A stretch of 64,000 nucleotides of DNA from Anaerolineae bacterium (GCA_034437455.1 DAOTUB010000002.1:3176-67175), one strand, 5' to 3'. Shown: positions 7,608 through 17,230, counted from the first letter of the stretch. Made by a program: numbers and translations. Notes: a model not told the origin generated them from the letters alone.

Positions 7608-8213
7608 CTAAAACTTTCCCGAGCGCTCCACCAACCGCAGCATCAAAACGACCATATCCAGCGTCTCCCCGCCACTGGTGATAAAGTAATCGCTCAACGT
7701 CACCTCTCGCTGAAACCCCAGGTCCTGGAAAGCCTTGATCGCCCGGCCCTGGTTGGCCACGATTTCGGTATACAATTGCTGGAGGCCCACGTGGCGGGCG
7801 ATCTCGATCAAGCTGCGCAGCATCAACGTGCCGATACCCTGGCGGCGATAGGCGCGATCGAGAAAGATGCGCACCCACGCCAGGTGGCGATGATACCGCT
7901 TGCGAAAATGAAGGGTGGCGTCTCCCACAATTTTGTCGTCTACGACAGCCACCAGCGGAAAGACGCGCTCAAGGTTCAGATTGTCCACCCAACTCTCGAC
8001 CACGGCTGGATCGCCCGCATCGTCGCGAAAATACTCCAGGTCCTCTTTGGAAGCCCGCGCAAAAAGGTCCACCAACCCCTGCTTGTCCTCATAGGCCAGC
8101 GGACGCAGCAACAGCCGGGATCCACTGGACAACGTTTTCACTTTACGATAACGTGCTAGTTGTTCCCCGCTGGGGCGGAGGCCCCCACGGGACGACGCCC
8201 AAACGCCCGCCAT
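7608..8213 (-). CDS. GNAT family N-acetyltransferase (paralogue 2)
   Basis: ORF 7608..8327 trimmed to the ATG at 8213 (GGAGGAGG upstream; a longer start would overlap hdrA). Same RRQGIGTLMLRSLIEIA motif. Confidence 0.8.
   Translation of the reverse strand: MAGVWASSRGGLRPSGEQLARYRKVKTLSSGSRLLLRPLAYEDKQGLVDLFARASKEDLEYFRDDAGDPAVVESWVDNLNLERVFPLVAVVDDKIVGDATLHFRKRYHRHLAWVRIFLDRAYRRQGIGTLMLRSLIEIARHVGLQQLYTEIVANQGRAIKAFQDLGFQREVTLSDYFITSGGETLDMVVLMLRLVERSGKF
8166..8199. repeat. P1 palindromic element copy in the GNAT-2 N-terminus
   Basis: Identical 34-mer to 7538..7571, so it is part of the tandem gene duplication. Confidence 0.65.
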
Positions 8214-8229
8214 TTTCGCACCTCCTCCA

Positions 8230-9927
8230 CTACCAACTGACCGCATCCGCCATCGCCAAAATCTGCTCCGGCATCCAGTTGTGGATCTGGCTCGCCTTGT
8301 TGGGACAGGCCACCACGCAAGCTCCACAGTTCTGACACAGCGCCGCGTTGACGACGGCGATACCCCGCACCGGATGAAGCGCCCGCGCTTCGTAGGGACA
8401 CACTCCCACGCACACCCCGCACCCAGAGCAGACCTCCTCGACGACGTAAGCCACGGTCGGCTCCTGAACCATCTGGTCGAGGGAAAACAGTTGCAGCACC
8501 TTGGCCGCCGCGCCCGAGGCCTGCGACACCGACTCGGGGATGTCTTTCGGCCCCTGGGCCGCCCCGGCCAGAAACACCCCCGCTGTCAGGCTCTCGACGG
8601 GGCGCAGCTTGGGGTGCGCCTCGCTGAAAAAGCCGTCCGCGCCCACCCCGGTCCGCACCGTCTGCGCCAATTCGATCGCCTGATCGCCGGGCATCATTGG
8701 GGTCGCCAGCACCACCAGGTCTGCGGCCACCTCCAATTGCTGTCCACCCAATGTGTCAACGCCCCACACGATCACCTTGTCTCCATCACGAAAGATCTTG
8801 CTCACTTTGCCCCGCAGGTACAGGACGCCATAATCCTCCATCGCCTGCTGGACGTACTCGTCGTACCCCTTGCCCGCCGAGCGGATGTCAATGTAAAAGA
8901 CGTACGCCTGGCCCTCTGGCACCCGCTCCTTGAACATACGCGCCATCTTGGGGACGTACATACAGCAGACCTTGGAACAGTAGGGCACGCCTCGTTCGGG
9001 ATCGCGGGAACCCGCGCACTGAACAAAGACGACCTCCTGAGGCGCGCGCCCGTCGGAGGGACGGCGAAGGCCATTCCCAGACCGGAGCATCTCCTCGAAC
9101 GTCAAGCCGTCCACCACATCCGGAGTCGCTCCGCCGCCGTACTCGGGCAGCCGATCCAGTGGATAGGGGTCCCAGCCTGTCGCCATCACAATCGCGCCGA
9201 TTTCAAAGGTCTCGGGTTCGTCCAACTGGGAGACTTTTACGTCAAAGTTCCCCACGTACCCCTCAACCTCCACCACCTGCGCATTCGTCAGCACCTGGAT
9301 ACTCGGATGTTCGAGCACCTGGTCGATCTTTTGCTCCAGCAGATCGGGGGCGGCCTCAAAGTTGAGATAGGTACCCGAGAGACGGGCCATCTTGCCGCCC
9401 AGCCGCTCCTCTCGCTCGACCAGCACGACGGGAAAGCCCGCGTCGGCGACGTCGAGCGCGGCCTGCATCCCGGCGATCCCCCCGCCGATGACCAAGGCCC
9501 GCTTCGTCAACGGCAGGTGGAAGGGCGCCATCTCATCGTCCCGCTTGACTTTTTCCACGAGGGTGCGCACGATCTCGACGGCTTTCTCCGTGGCGCGTTC
9601 CGTATCTCCCTCATGCACCCAGGAACACTGCTCGCGGATGTTGGCGCTTTCAAAGCGGTATGGGTTCAGCCCCGCCTTTGCTCCAGCTCGCCGGAAAGTC
9701 GCCTCGTGCATCGCGGGCGAGCAGGCCGCGACGATGACGCCGTCCAGTTGATGTTCCTCGACCGCCTCTTGAAGCAACTGCTGGCCAGGATCGGAGCACA
9801 TGTATTTGTAGTCTGTGGCATATACAACACCCGGGTACTGGCCGATCTCTTCGGCTACCCGCTCCACGTCCACGGTGCCCGCGACGTTGATCCCGCAGTG
9901 ACAGACAAAGACACCGATTCGACTCAT
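8230..9927 (-). CDS. hdrA: heterodisulfide reductase subunit A (full-length type)
   Basis: 565 aa. N-terminal GVFVCHCGINVAG Cys domain, FAD motif VIGGGIAGMQAAL, YCSKVCCMY, and C-terminal CSGCGVCVGVCP / CQNCGACVVACP. Confidence 0.9.
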   Translation of the reverse strand: MSRIGVFVCHCGINVAGTVDVERVAEEIGQYPGVVYATDYKYMCSDPGQQLLQEAVEEHQLDGVIVAACSPAMHEATFRRAGAKAGLNPYRFESANIREQCSWVHEGDTERATEKAVEIVRTLVEKVKRDDEMAPFHLPLTKRALVIGGGIAGMQAALDVADAGFPVVLVEREERLGGKMARLSGTYLNFEAAPDLLEQKIDQVLEHPSIQVLTNAQVVEVEGYVGNFDVKVSQLDEPETFEIGAIVMATGWDPYPLDRLPEYGGGATPDVVDGLTFEEMLRSGNGLRRPSDGRAPQEVVFVQCAGSRDPERGVPYCSKVCCMYVPKMARMFKERVPEGQAYVFYIDIRSAGKGYDEYVQQAMEDYGVLYLRGKVSKIFRDGDKVIVWGVDTLGGQQLEVAADLVVLATPMMPGDQAIELAQTVRTGVGADGFFSEAHPKLRPVESLTAGVFLAGAAQGPKDIPESVSQASGAAAKVLQLFSLDQMVQEPTVAYVVEEVCSGCGVCVGVCPYEARALHPVRGIAVVNAALCQNCGACVVACPNKASQIHNWMPEQILAMADAVSW

Positions 9928-10863
9928 TTATTCTCCTGCTTCCAGCGCCGCGACAAGCGGCTGCGGATCCACGTAGTGATCCGCGAAGCCCCACGTCTCC
10001 TCCGGCAAGCCCAACGCCACAGCCATCAATTGGGTAAAATAGAGTGTCGCGATTTCGTCGCCGGTGCGCCCGGCCTCCGTCTCCCGCTGCGGATAATCCA
10101 GGTTAAACTGGCAAAGCGGACAGGCGGTGACGATGACCTGCGCGCCGTGCTCCCGCGCCGAGGCGACGATCTCTTTCGAGAGCATTTCGGGGACCTCCGG
10201 CTCCTTCACCGTCAGATAGGAGCCACAGCACTCGATATTGTAGGGAAAGTCCACTGGCTCCGCCCCTAGCGCCCGCACCAGGTCGTGCATGATGGTTGGA
10301 GCCTCTGGATCGTCCAGGCCGATCTCTTCGTAAGGGCGCAGGAGCAGACAGCCATAGTAAGGAGCGACTCGCAGCCCGGTCAGAGGGCGCGTCACCCGCT
10401 CGGCTAACGCCTCCCAGCCCAGGTCATCTCGCAACAGCTCCAGAAAATGCGCAATGTGCACACCACCGCGATATTCTTGCTCGGTGAACCAATTGATGCG
10501 CTCCAACATCTCCGGATCCCGCTCGAGCAGCGCCTGGGAGCGACGAAGGACGTTGAAGCAAATCGAACAGAGCGTCGTCACCGACTTGGACGAATTACTG
10601 GCCTGCTCACAGCGTTGTGTGGCGGCACACGCCGCTACATGGAGGGCCTGTTGCGCCTGGTAGAGAATCCGCGTCGGGGCGATCAGCGCCAGCGAATCGT
10701 CCAGCATCAGGGGGAACGTCGCCCCACAGCACTGCCACTCGGCCAGTTCCTCCAGATCTAATCCCAGCGCCGCCGCCGCCGCCCGCGCAGAGCGGTCATA
10801 GTTTTTCGCCTGTGTCGAGAGTGTGCACCCTGGAAAATATGGATAAGCCATCAATGTCTCCAA
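9928..10863 (-). CDS. hdrB: heterodisulfide reductase subunit B-like
   Basis: 311 aa. Has YPYFPGCTL, WQCCGATFP and IECCGSYL CCG motifs. The stop directly abuts the hdrA ATG. The start could be the ATG at 10851. Confidence 0.85.
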   Translation of the reverse strand: METLMAYPYFPGCTLSTQAKNYDRSARAAAAALGLDLEELAEWQCCGATFPLMLDDSLALIAPTRILYQAQQALHVAACAATQRCEQASNSSKSVTTLCSICFNVLRRSQALLERDPEMLERINWFTEQEYRGGVHIAHFLELLRDDLGWEALAERVTRPLTGLRVAPYYGCLLLRPYEEIGLDDPEAPTIMHDLVRALGAEPVDFPYNIECCGSYLTVKEPEVPEMLSKEIVASAREHGAQVIVTACPLCQFNLDYPQRETEAGRTGDEIATLYFTQLMAVALGLPEETWGFADHYVDPQPLVAALEAGE

Positions 10864-10871
10864 GCGCCTGT

Positions 10872-10903
10872 GAAATGAGAAAATGAGCAGATGAGTACAT
10901 GAG
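10872..10903. repeat. four tandem 8-mers NNNATGAG in the hdrC-hdrB spacer
   Basis: GAAATGAG AAAATGAG CAGATGAG TACATGAG, followed by partial inverted CTCAT words. Confidence 0.6.
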
Positions 10904-10938
10904 CTTTAGAAACTCACTCCTCATCCACCCATTTGCTC

Positions 10939-11343
10939 TTACTTCATATACTTCCTATACCCGCCGACGATAGCCAGTTGCGGCGCTGCCTGCACCAATT
11001 CTGGTGGAAGCGCACCCAAGTCCAGTTTGGCAACGCCCTTGCGCAATGCGATCTGGCGCAACGCCTCCATCAACCGAGGCAAATCCACTCCCTTGGGACA
11101 GCGCGCGACACAGGTCAGGCAGGAGGCGCAGATCCAGATCGTATTACTCTCCAGCACCTCCTCCATCCCCAGTTGAGCTTTACGGATGGCCTGGCTGGGA
11201 AGGAGTTCCATCGCCGACGCGACCGGACAGCCGGCGCTGCATTTGCCGCACTGGTTGCAGGCCAGCAGATCCTGCCCGCTGATCTCTTCGACCTGGCGCA
11301 CGAAAGAACCGCGCACCTTGTCAACTGAAATTTGGGTTCGCAT
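10939..11343 (-). CDS. hdrC: heterodisulfide reductase subunit C-like
   Basis: 134 aa. Has CNQCGKCSAGCP and CASCLTCVARCP motifs. Confidence 0.85.
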   Translation of the reverse strand: MRTQISVDKVRGSFVRQVEEISGQDLLACNQCGKCSAGCPVASAMELLPSQAIRKAQLGMEEVLESNTIWICASCLTCVARCPKGVDLPRLMEALRQIALRKGVAKLDLGALPPELVQAAPQLAIVGGYRKYMK

Positions 11344-11346
11344 ACC

Positions 11347-12405
11347 TTATTCCGTTAGCCCTGCGGCCAACTTGGCTCCTGCCAGCGTGTTCCACATCAG
11401 CATCGCGATGGTCATCGGCCCCACGCCGCCCGGTACAGGGGTCAGGAAACCGGCGACCTCGTTCACTTCGTCAAAGTCGACGTCGCCCACCAGCTTGTAC
11501 TTGCGGTAGAGCGGGATCATCTCGCAGGTCACATCGTCCGGCACTTGATCCTTCAGGTAGGCTTTGTCGTGTTCAGCGCAGTATTCGCCCATCCTACGGC
11601 GACCACCTTTCTTCGACTCGTCCTTGCGATGAGCGATAAAGGTCTCGCCCGTGGCGGCGCAGGTGTACTCCTTGTCGGCCGGGTGCTCGACCCAGACCCG
11701 GTTAATGCCGACGTCGATGACTGCCGCGCCCGGTTTGACCCAATCGCCCTTGACCATCTCTGGGCGGCCCACGGCGGCGATGAGAATGTCGGCGCGGCGG
11801 CACGTGCCGGGCAGGTCCTGGGTACGAGAATGGCAGATGGTGAGTGTGGCGTTGCGGTGCAGCAAGAGCATCGAAACCGGCAGACCCACAATGTTGCTGC
11901 GGCCCAGCACCACCGCCTCTTTGCCCTCGATCTCGACCCCGGAACGGACCAACAACTCGATGCTTCCCGCCGGCGTGCAGGGGACAAAGAGCGGCTTGCG
12001 CCCCTTCATCGAAAGCCGCCCGATGTTGATCGGATGGAATCCATCCACGTCCTTCTCCAGGCTGATGGCGCTGAGAACCTTTTCCTCGTCCAGATGCTTG
12101 GGCAAGGGAAGCTGCACCAGGATACCATGGATCGTGGGATCCTCGTTCAATCGCGCCACCAGGGCATCAACGTCCTCCTGCGACGCATCCTCGGGCAGAT
12201 GCTCGCCGATCGAGTGAAAGCCGCACTTGGTGCACGTCTTTTGCTTGGAGCGGACATACGCCTGTGAAGCGGGATTCTCACCCACCAGCACCGTCGCCAG
12301 TCCTGGCGTGACGTTGTGCTTTTCCTTCAACTCGGCTACTTCGGCCTGAATCTCCTCATAGATCTGATTCGCTATCGCCTTACCATCAATCAGTTGCGCT
12401 GTCAT
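11347..12405 (-). CDS. folD: bifunctional methylene-THF dehydrogenase / methenyl-THF cyclohydrolase with an internal insertion of about 65 aa
   Basis: 352 aa. Has [28 protein letters not shown] and [11 protein letters not shown] FolD motifs. RBS GGAGGA. Confidence 0.9.
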   Translation of the reverse strand: MTAQLIDGKAIANQIYEEIQAEVAELKEKHNVTPGLATVLVGENPASQAYVRSKQKTCTKCGFHSIGEHLPEDASQEDVDALVARLNEDPTIHGILVQLPLPKHLDEEKVLSAISLEKDVDGFHPINIGRLSMKGRKPLFVPCTPAGSIELLVRSGVEIEGKEAVVLGRSNIVGLPVSMLLLHRNATLTICHSRTQDLPGTCRRADILIAAVGRPEMVKGDWVKPGAAVIDVGINRVWVEHPADKEYTCAATGETFIAHRKDESKKGGRRRMGEYCAEHDKAYLKDQVPDDVTCEMIPLYRKYKLVGDVDFDEVNEVAGFLTPVPGGVGPMTIAMLMWNTLAGAKLAAGLTE

Positions 12406-12455
12406 AGTTCCTCCTCACTCCTTACGGACTATGAAATACGTATTCCGTTTTATAG

Positions 12456-12583
12456 CAGCAATTCTAATTTTGTAGCCGCGCTTCGCGTACGCGATAGCGC
12501 GTGCATTATGCTGCATAAAACATTCTGCGCGATATGGAAATCGCGGCTACAACTCTCGTTTTCTTCCATAATTGGAATTGCTG
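12456..12583. mobile_element. MITE-like element, family M1, copy 1 (128 bp)
   Basis: Terminal inverted repeats CAGCAATTCTAATT / AATTGGAATTGCTG and a subterminal IR TGTAGCCGCG / CGCGGCTACA. Flanked by a 9-bp direct repeat GTTTTATAG (12447-12455 and 12584-12592). Homologous along its length to 49633..49753. Confidence 0.8.
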
Positions 12584-12586
12584 GTT

Positions 12587-13510
12587 TTATAGACGCAGGT
12601 ACGAGTCCGTATAGATGACCTTGTTCAAAAGCACCTGCACCGTCTTCCAGACGTCCGCCTGCTGCGGATCGGACATGTCCACGTCTTCGGATTGCAACTC
12701 CTCCATCGCCTCCACCCGGTCATACAGCTTGACCAGCAATTTATTGAGCGGCGTGCTCTCGTCCCGCTCATTGATCACGCGGATTAACTCCATCAAGTCT
12801 TTGTCGAGAGGATCGGCGATAAGCATGTCGATGCCAGCGCCCATCAACATCACCATATACGTCTGGTTGAGCAGCGGGCGCATCTCGTTGGGGACAGCGT
12901 TGGAGACGTTCGAAAGCCCAGCGTTGGTCAGTGGGGGCGGGTCCCAGGCGAACTTGAGCGTGCGCACCGCCTCGATGCATTCTGGGCAGTATTCCTGGCA
13001 GCCGGATACGGTGAGCGCCAGCGGGTCAATGATCAGATCATTGATGGGAAAATCAAGCTCCAGCATATACGGGATCAGCTTTTCCAGCGCGATGGTCACG
13101 CGCTCGTCGGCGCCGACCGGGATCATGCCCTCGGCCATCGTCAGTGCGACCAGCTTGGTGTTGTACTTTTTGGCCACGGCGGGCACCGTGGTCAACCGCT
13201 CTTCGCGCGCGTCGGTGGAGTTAATGATAGGCTGCGCCTTGGTCACCGTCTCACAGGCCGCCTCGATGGCCGCCAGGTTGGTGGTATCAAAGACCAGCGG
13301 CACGTCGACCACCTCCTCGACGGTCTCGACCAGCCAGGGTAGAATCTCGTGCCCGCGCTTTTTCTGCGGGCCAATGTTGAGGTCCACCGCGCTCGCCCCG
13401 GCGTCCACCATGCGCACCGCCAGATCCTGGAAGAACTTGGCGTCCCTGTCGGCAACAGCCTTCTTGACCTTGGGGGAAATGATGTGAATGTTTTCGGCAA
13501 TAATGTACAT
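12587..13510 (-). CDS. acsE: methyltetrahydrofolate:corrinoid/iron-sulfur protein methyltransferase
   Basis: 307 aa pterin-binding TIM-barrel type (MYIIAENIHIISPKV..., DLNIGP, INSTD). Located among the acs genes. Confidence 0.85.
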   Translation of the reverse strand: MYIIAENIHIISPKVKKAVADRDAKFFQDLAVRMVDAGASAVDLNIGPQKKRGHEILPWLVETVEEVVDVPLVFDTTNLAAIEAACETVTKAQPIINSTDAREERLTTVPAVAKKYNTKLVALTMAEGMIPVGADERVTIALEKLIPYMLELDFPINDLIIDPLALTVSGCQEYCPECIEAVRTLKFAWDPPPLTNAGLSNVSNAVPNEMRPLLNQTYMVMLMGAGIDMLIADPLDKDLMELIRVINERDESTPLNKLLVKLYDRVEAMEELQSEDVDMSDPQQADVWKTVQVLLNKVIYTDSYLRL

Positions 13511-13553
13511 ACTGACTATCTCCTTTTCTATGGTAATTGGTTACGCCAATCTA

Positions 13554-14333
13554 TCACTCGACTAATATTTTCTGTGCTAACTCGCGCACAGCTTGATACA
13601 CCGCCGTCTCCTCTGGCAATTCCACCAGCGGCCGACCGGTGAACTCGAACTCAGCCATGGCCGCGTCATCTGACACTGTGCCCAACAAATTGAGCTCCTT
13701 CTGCTCCACGGCCTGGACCAACGGCGCCGGCATCTCGCCCCGCAGCCGGTTGACGACCAAATAGATGCGGCTCACGCCGATCTCCAACTCGGGCACCATA
13801 CTTGCCATGTGATGCGCGGTGACGAGTCCACGCTGCGTCGGATCCGTCACCAGCAGCAGAACGTCCACGTCGCGGGTGGTGCGACGGCTGAGATGTTCCA
13901 TCCCGGCCTCGTTGTCGATCACTACATAGTCGTACTGCTTCTCCAGCCGGTCCACGATCACGCGCAGCATCTGGTTGGCCGCGCAGTAACAACCCGGACC
14001 CTCGGGCCGCCCCATCACCAGCAAGTCTACCCGCTCTCCCTCCGTCAGCGCCATCTGCACCTGATAGTCCAAATAGTCCTGCTTGCTCATCCCGCCGGGC
14101 ATCGAGCTAGCCAACGCGCTGCTGGACTGCGCCATATCGAGCATATCCTCGCGGATGTCGCCGACGGTTTCCTCGATCTCCATTCCCAACACCATGTTGA
14201 GATTAGTGGCAGGGTCGGCGTCAATGGCAAGGATAGAGCCGCTCCGTTCCTCGACCAGATAACGGATGAGGAGCGCAGAGATAGTGGTCTTGCCAGTGCC
14301 GCCTTTGCCCGCTAGGGCAATGGTTTTGGTCAA
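13554..14333 (-). CDS. cooC: CODH/ACS nickel-insertion ATPase CooC/AcsF
   Basis: 259 aa. P-loop GKGGTGKTT and the CooC-type GPGCYCAAN CxC motif. Confidence 0.85.
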   Translation of the reverse strand: MTKTIALAGKGGTGKTTISALLIRYLVEERSGSILAIDADPATNLNMVLGMEIEETVGDIREDMLDMAQSSSALASSMPGGMSKQDYLDYQVQMALTEGERVDLLVMGRPEGPGCYCAANQMLRVIVDRLEKQYDYVVIDNEAGMEHLSRRTTRDVDVLLLVTDPTQRGLVTAHHMASMVPELEIGVSRIYLVVNRLRGEMPAPLVQAVEQKELNLLGTVSDDAAMAEFEFTGRPLVELPEETAVYQAVRELAQKILVE

Positions 14334-14386
14334 TTCAATTCCTCCCTGGTGTTCGTAAGTACAATCTCATCAGGCATTCCCTAGAT

Positions 14387-14818
14387 TCAATCGTCATCAG
14401 GTGGATGCAAGCCCATGGCCACCCAATATCGACGTAATTGCACTATCTGAAGCCGATTCATGCGCAGAGCGATGATAGTTGCTCGGCTCACAGCAGTAAG
14501 ACCAATAACCTGAGTACCATCCTCACTCCAGGTGAAATGGCGGCTCCAGACCTGGCGGTGCGGATGATAAAGAGAAACCTCCTCGCCACTCGTAGGATCG
14601 AGAGCGATCAGACGCGCTGCCTTGTGCCGATTGCAAGTTGGACAACTGAGACAAAGATTATCCGCCTCCGTCTTGCCCCCAGCCGAACGGGGGATGACGT
14701 GCTCAACCTCGAACGTGACCCCCATCAATGCTTCGGCGCTACGACAATACGCACAACGTCCGCGAGCTGCGTTCAGCACATGCCGCCGCAGTTCAGCGGG
14801 GACATAAGAGGAACTCAC
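14387..14818 (-). CDS. HNH endonuclease
   Basis: 143 aa. Has CAYC...EVEHVIPRSAGGKTEADNLCLSCPTCNRHK, an HNH motif with Cys4 zinc ligands. Confidence 0.8.
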   Translation of the reverse strand: MSSSYVPAELRRHVLNAARGRCAYCRSAEALMGVTFEVEHVIPRSAGGKTEADNLCLSCPTCNRHKAARLIALDPTSGEEVSLYHPHRQVWSRHFTWSEDGTQVIGLTAVSRATIIALRMNRLQIVQLRRYWVAMGLHPPDDD

Positions 14819-15189
14819 TCCTCTTTCCTTTTGTACAGGTTCAGTGTATATAAAGCCCTGGCCTTGAGCAACGCTATTTGATCCACCTCGGCGAGCAGCA
14901 CGTCTAATCTTTGCTCCCCATTTTTCGTCAACTTTCCCTCGCGATTCTTGCGCAGCAAATCGTTCAACTCCTTCTGACGACCCGAGGCAATAACCACATC
15001 AGCCAATACCTGTAACTCTGTTTCCTCCATTCCCCCCAGAGGCCATAATTCAGTCTCGACAGTTTCAGGACGGCTGCTACGCAAGACGGCGCGCAAGCTG
15101 TGTAACAGGTTCTCCGCCAATTCGACCTGATCATCCAGAGGCAATCTTTTCGCCGCGCTCATCACTTCCGACAATGACATTGCACTCAC
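14815..15189 (-). CDS. hypothetical protein with an antitoxin-like N-terminus, coupled to the HNH gene
   Basis: 124 aa. Its stop overlaps the HNH ATG (ATGA). N-terminal AKRLPLDDQVELAENLLHSL resembles the 'putative addiction module component' motif (from memory). Confidence 0.45.
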   Translation of the reverse strand: MSAMSLSEVMSAAKRLPLDDQVELAENLLHSLRAVLRSSRPETVETELWPLGGMEETELQVLADVVIASGRQKELNDLLRKNREGKLTKNGEQRLDVLLAEVDQIALLKARALYTLNLYKRKEE

Positions 15190-15242
15190 TGCTCTCCTCC
15201 CCTGGATAGATAATTACTTGTCGCATCGCTCAACCTCCCAGC

Positions 15243-17198
15243 CTACCGCCCTTCAAACAGCGCCGCCACCGACGGGAACTGAGCCTCATCCGTGTGCGGG
15301 AGGAACATCGCCGCGTTGAACTCGTCGAAAAACGTGTTATCCGCCGAAAGCTCCAGATAGGTCATCATCTGTCCCTTCTCGGTCACCTGCTCCCGCATCC
15401 CGCGCGAAAGGAGCGCCATGTACGCCCCGCGCACCGAGGTGTTGCCCAGGAAATGAAAGTTATCGTAGGGTTTGTCGGGCAGCATGCCGATCTGGATCGC
15501 CTTCTCCACGTTGAGATGCTGGCCAAAGGCCCCGCCGATGAGCACCTCCCCCACGTCCGCCATGGTCAACCCCACGCTGCGGGCCAGGATCGAGAACCCG
15601 GCGTAGATGGCCGCCTTGGCCCGCATCAGATTCTCGATGTCCACCTTCGTGATGACAATATCCTCGCCGGTGGCGGTCTCTTCGGCCCAGGCCACCACGT
15701 ACTCTGACCCGTGATCTCCCTCCCGTACCCGCTTCGTAGGCAACTCCAGCTTGACGTTGCCGCTCTTGTCCATCACACCGGCGACGAACATCTCTGCCAG
15801 GAGCGAGATCAGCCCAGAGCCACAGAGACCTCGCGGTTTTTCCTCACCGATCACGCGATGGGTGGCTTCATACGTCTCCGGATCGATCCAAACCTCTTCG
15901 ATGGCGCCAGCGGTAGCGCGCATTCCGTGCACCACCCCGGCCCCTTCAAAAGCCGGCCCGGCGGAGCAGGCGCAGGCGATGAGCCAGGTACAATCTCCCA
16001 GCACCATCTCTCCGTTCGTCCCGATGTCCACGAACAGCGATAGCTCCTCCATGTCGCACATCTTGGAACTGACCACGCCCGACGTGATGTCGGCCCCCAC
16101 GTAGGAAGCAATGCCAGGCAGGCAGTCCACCGGCGCCTCCGGGTTGATCTCCAGGCCGATCTCGTGGGCCGGGAAAGGAGGGAACTGGTTGACGACGGTG
16201 ATAAAGGGCATCAGACGAATGGACTCGGGTGGGACGCCGGTGAAGAGGTGGATCATCGTGCTGTTACCCGCCACCACCGCTTTATAGATCTGGTCGGTAC
16301 GAATCCCTCGCTCCTGCGCTGCCTGATTCAGCAGCCGGTTGAGCGTCTCCATGACCAGCCCTTGCAACTCCTCCAGGCCGTTCCCTTTGGAGGCATAGAT
16401 GATGCGCGAGATGACGTCCTCGCCTCGGGCGATCTGCCCGTTGTAATCGGCCTTCTGGGCCATCACCTCGCCGCTGATCATGTCCACCAGCCAGACCACG
16501 TTGCTGGTCGTGCCGATGTCAATCGCCACTGCCCACAGACTTTCCAGGTGTTCCCCAGGCAGGACGTCTATCAGGCGAGGCGCAGTCCCGTAGAGGCCTA
16601 CGCCACTATGGGGCGGGCCATCGGGACGGTTCCAGGCGTCCAACTCGACCACCACGGTGACCGTCCACTCCCCCTCTCGCAGCGCCCGGCCCAGCTTGCG
16701 CAGCACCAGCAGAGAAGCCTCCAGCCCGCGCAGATCGTAGCGACGGACCAACGCTCGTTGCAGGCGAGACCAGTCGTCGGTCTGTTCCTGCAAAGAGGGC
16801 GGCTCCAGGGTGATGGCATACTTGCGCAACGGTTGGTCGTGCAGATCGTAGGGGAAGGGCAGCTCGACCTTCGCCGCCCGCTTGCTCTCTTTCAGTCGCC
16901 GCTCGATCTTTTCCTGCGGCGGGATGAGAACGACGACGTCCCCCTCGACGACGGTCTGGCAGGCCAGCGCGTAACCGGCCTCCACGTCCGCGGGGGAGAG
17001 GCGCTGAGTCGAATGCCTCCGCACCTCCGCCCCGCAGGCGTCTTGAACGATAACCGCACAGCGACCGCAGCGCCCCTGCCCGCCGCAGGGCATCTGGATG
17101 TCCACACCCCCCTGCTGAGCAGCGTCGCTCAGGAGCGTGCCCTTAGCCACCTCCACCTCGCGGTCGAGGGGTAAGAATCGAACTTTACAGATCTTCAT
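15243..17198 (-). CDS. reductive activator of the corrinoid Fe-S protein (RACo-type: 2Fe-2S ferredoxin plus ASKHA ATPase)
   Basis: 651 aa. N-terminal plant-type ferredoxin motif CGGQGRCGRCAV, then a large ASKHA-like domain (DIGTTSNV, DIGTNGEM). Confidence 0.85.
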   Translation of the reverse strand: MKICKVRFLPLDREVEVAKGTLLSDAAQQGGVDIQMPCGGQGRCGRCAVIVQDACGAEVRRHSTQRLSPADVEAGYALACQTVVEGDVVVLIPPQEKIERRLKESKRAAKVELPFPYDLHDQPLRKYAITLEPPSLQEQTDDWSRLQRALVRRYDLRGLEASLLVLRKLGRALREGEWTVTVVVELDAWNRPDGPPHSGVGLYGTAPRLIDVLPGEHLESLWAVAIDIGTTSNVVWLVDMISGEVMAQKADYNGQIARGEDVISRIIYASKGNGLEELQGLVMETLNRLLNQAAQERGIRTDQIYKAVVAGNSTMIHLFTGVPPESIRLMPFITVVNQFPPFPAHEIGLEINPEAPVDCLPGIASYVGADITSGVVSSKMCDMEELSLFVDIGTNGEMVLGDCTWLIACACSAGPAFEGAGVVHGMRATAGAIEEVWIDPETYEATHRVIGEEKPRGLCGSGLISLLAEMFVAGVMDKSGNVKLELPTKRVREGDHGSEYVVAWAEETATGEDIVITKVDIENLMRAKAAIYAGFSILARSVGLTMADVGEVLIGGAFGQHLNVEKAIQIGMLPDKPYDNFHFLGNTSVRGAYMALLSRGMREQVTEKGQMMTYLELSADNTFFDEFNAAMFLPHTDEAQFPSVAALFEGR

Positions 17199-17230
17199 TG
17201 CCGGTACGTTGTTGGCATACTAATAGACTA

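Noticed and set aside
8281-10269. 662-aa plus-strand ORF
   Set aside because: It lies antisense to hdrA/hdrB, whose translations carry unambiguous family motifs. Its own translation is Arg/His/Leu/Gly-rich low complexity, typical of GC-rich shadow frames.
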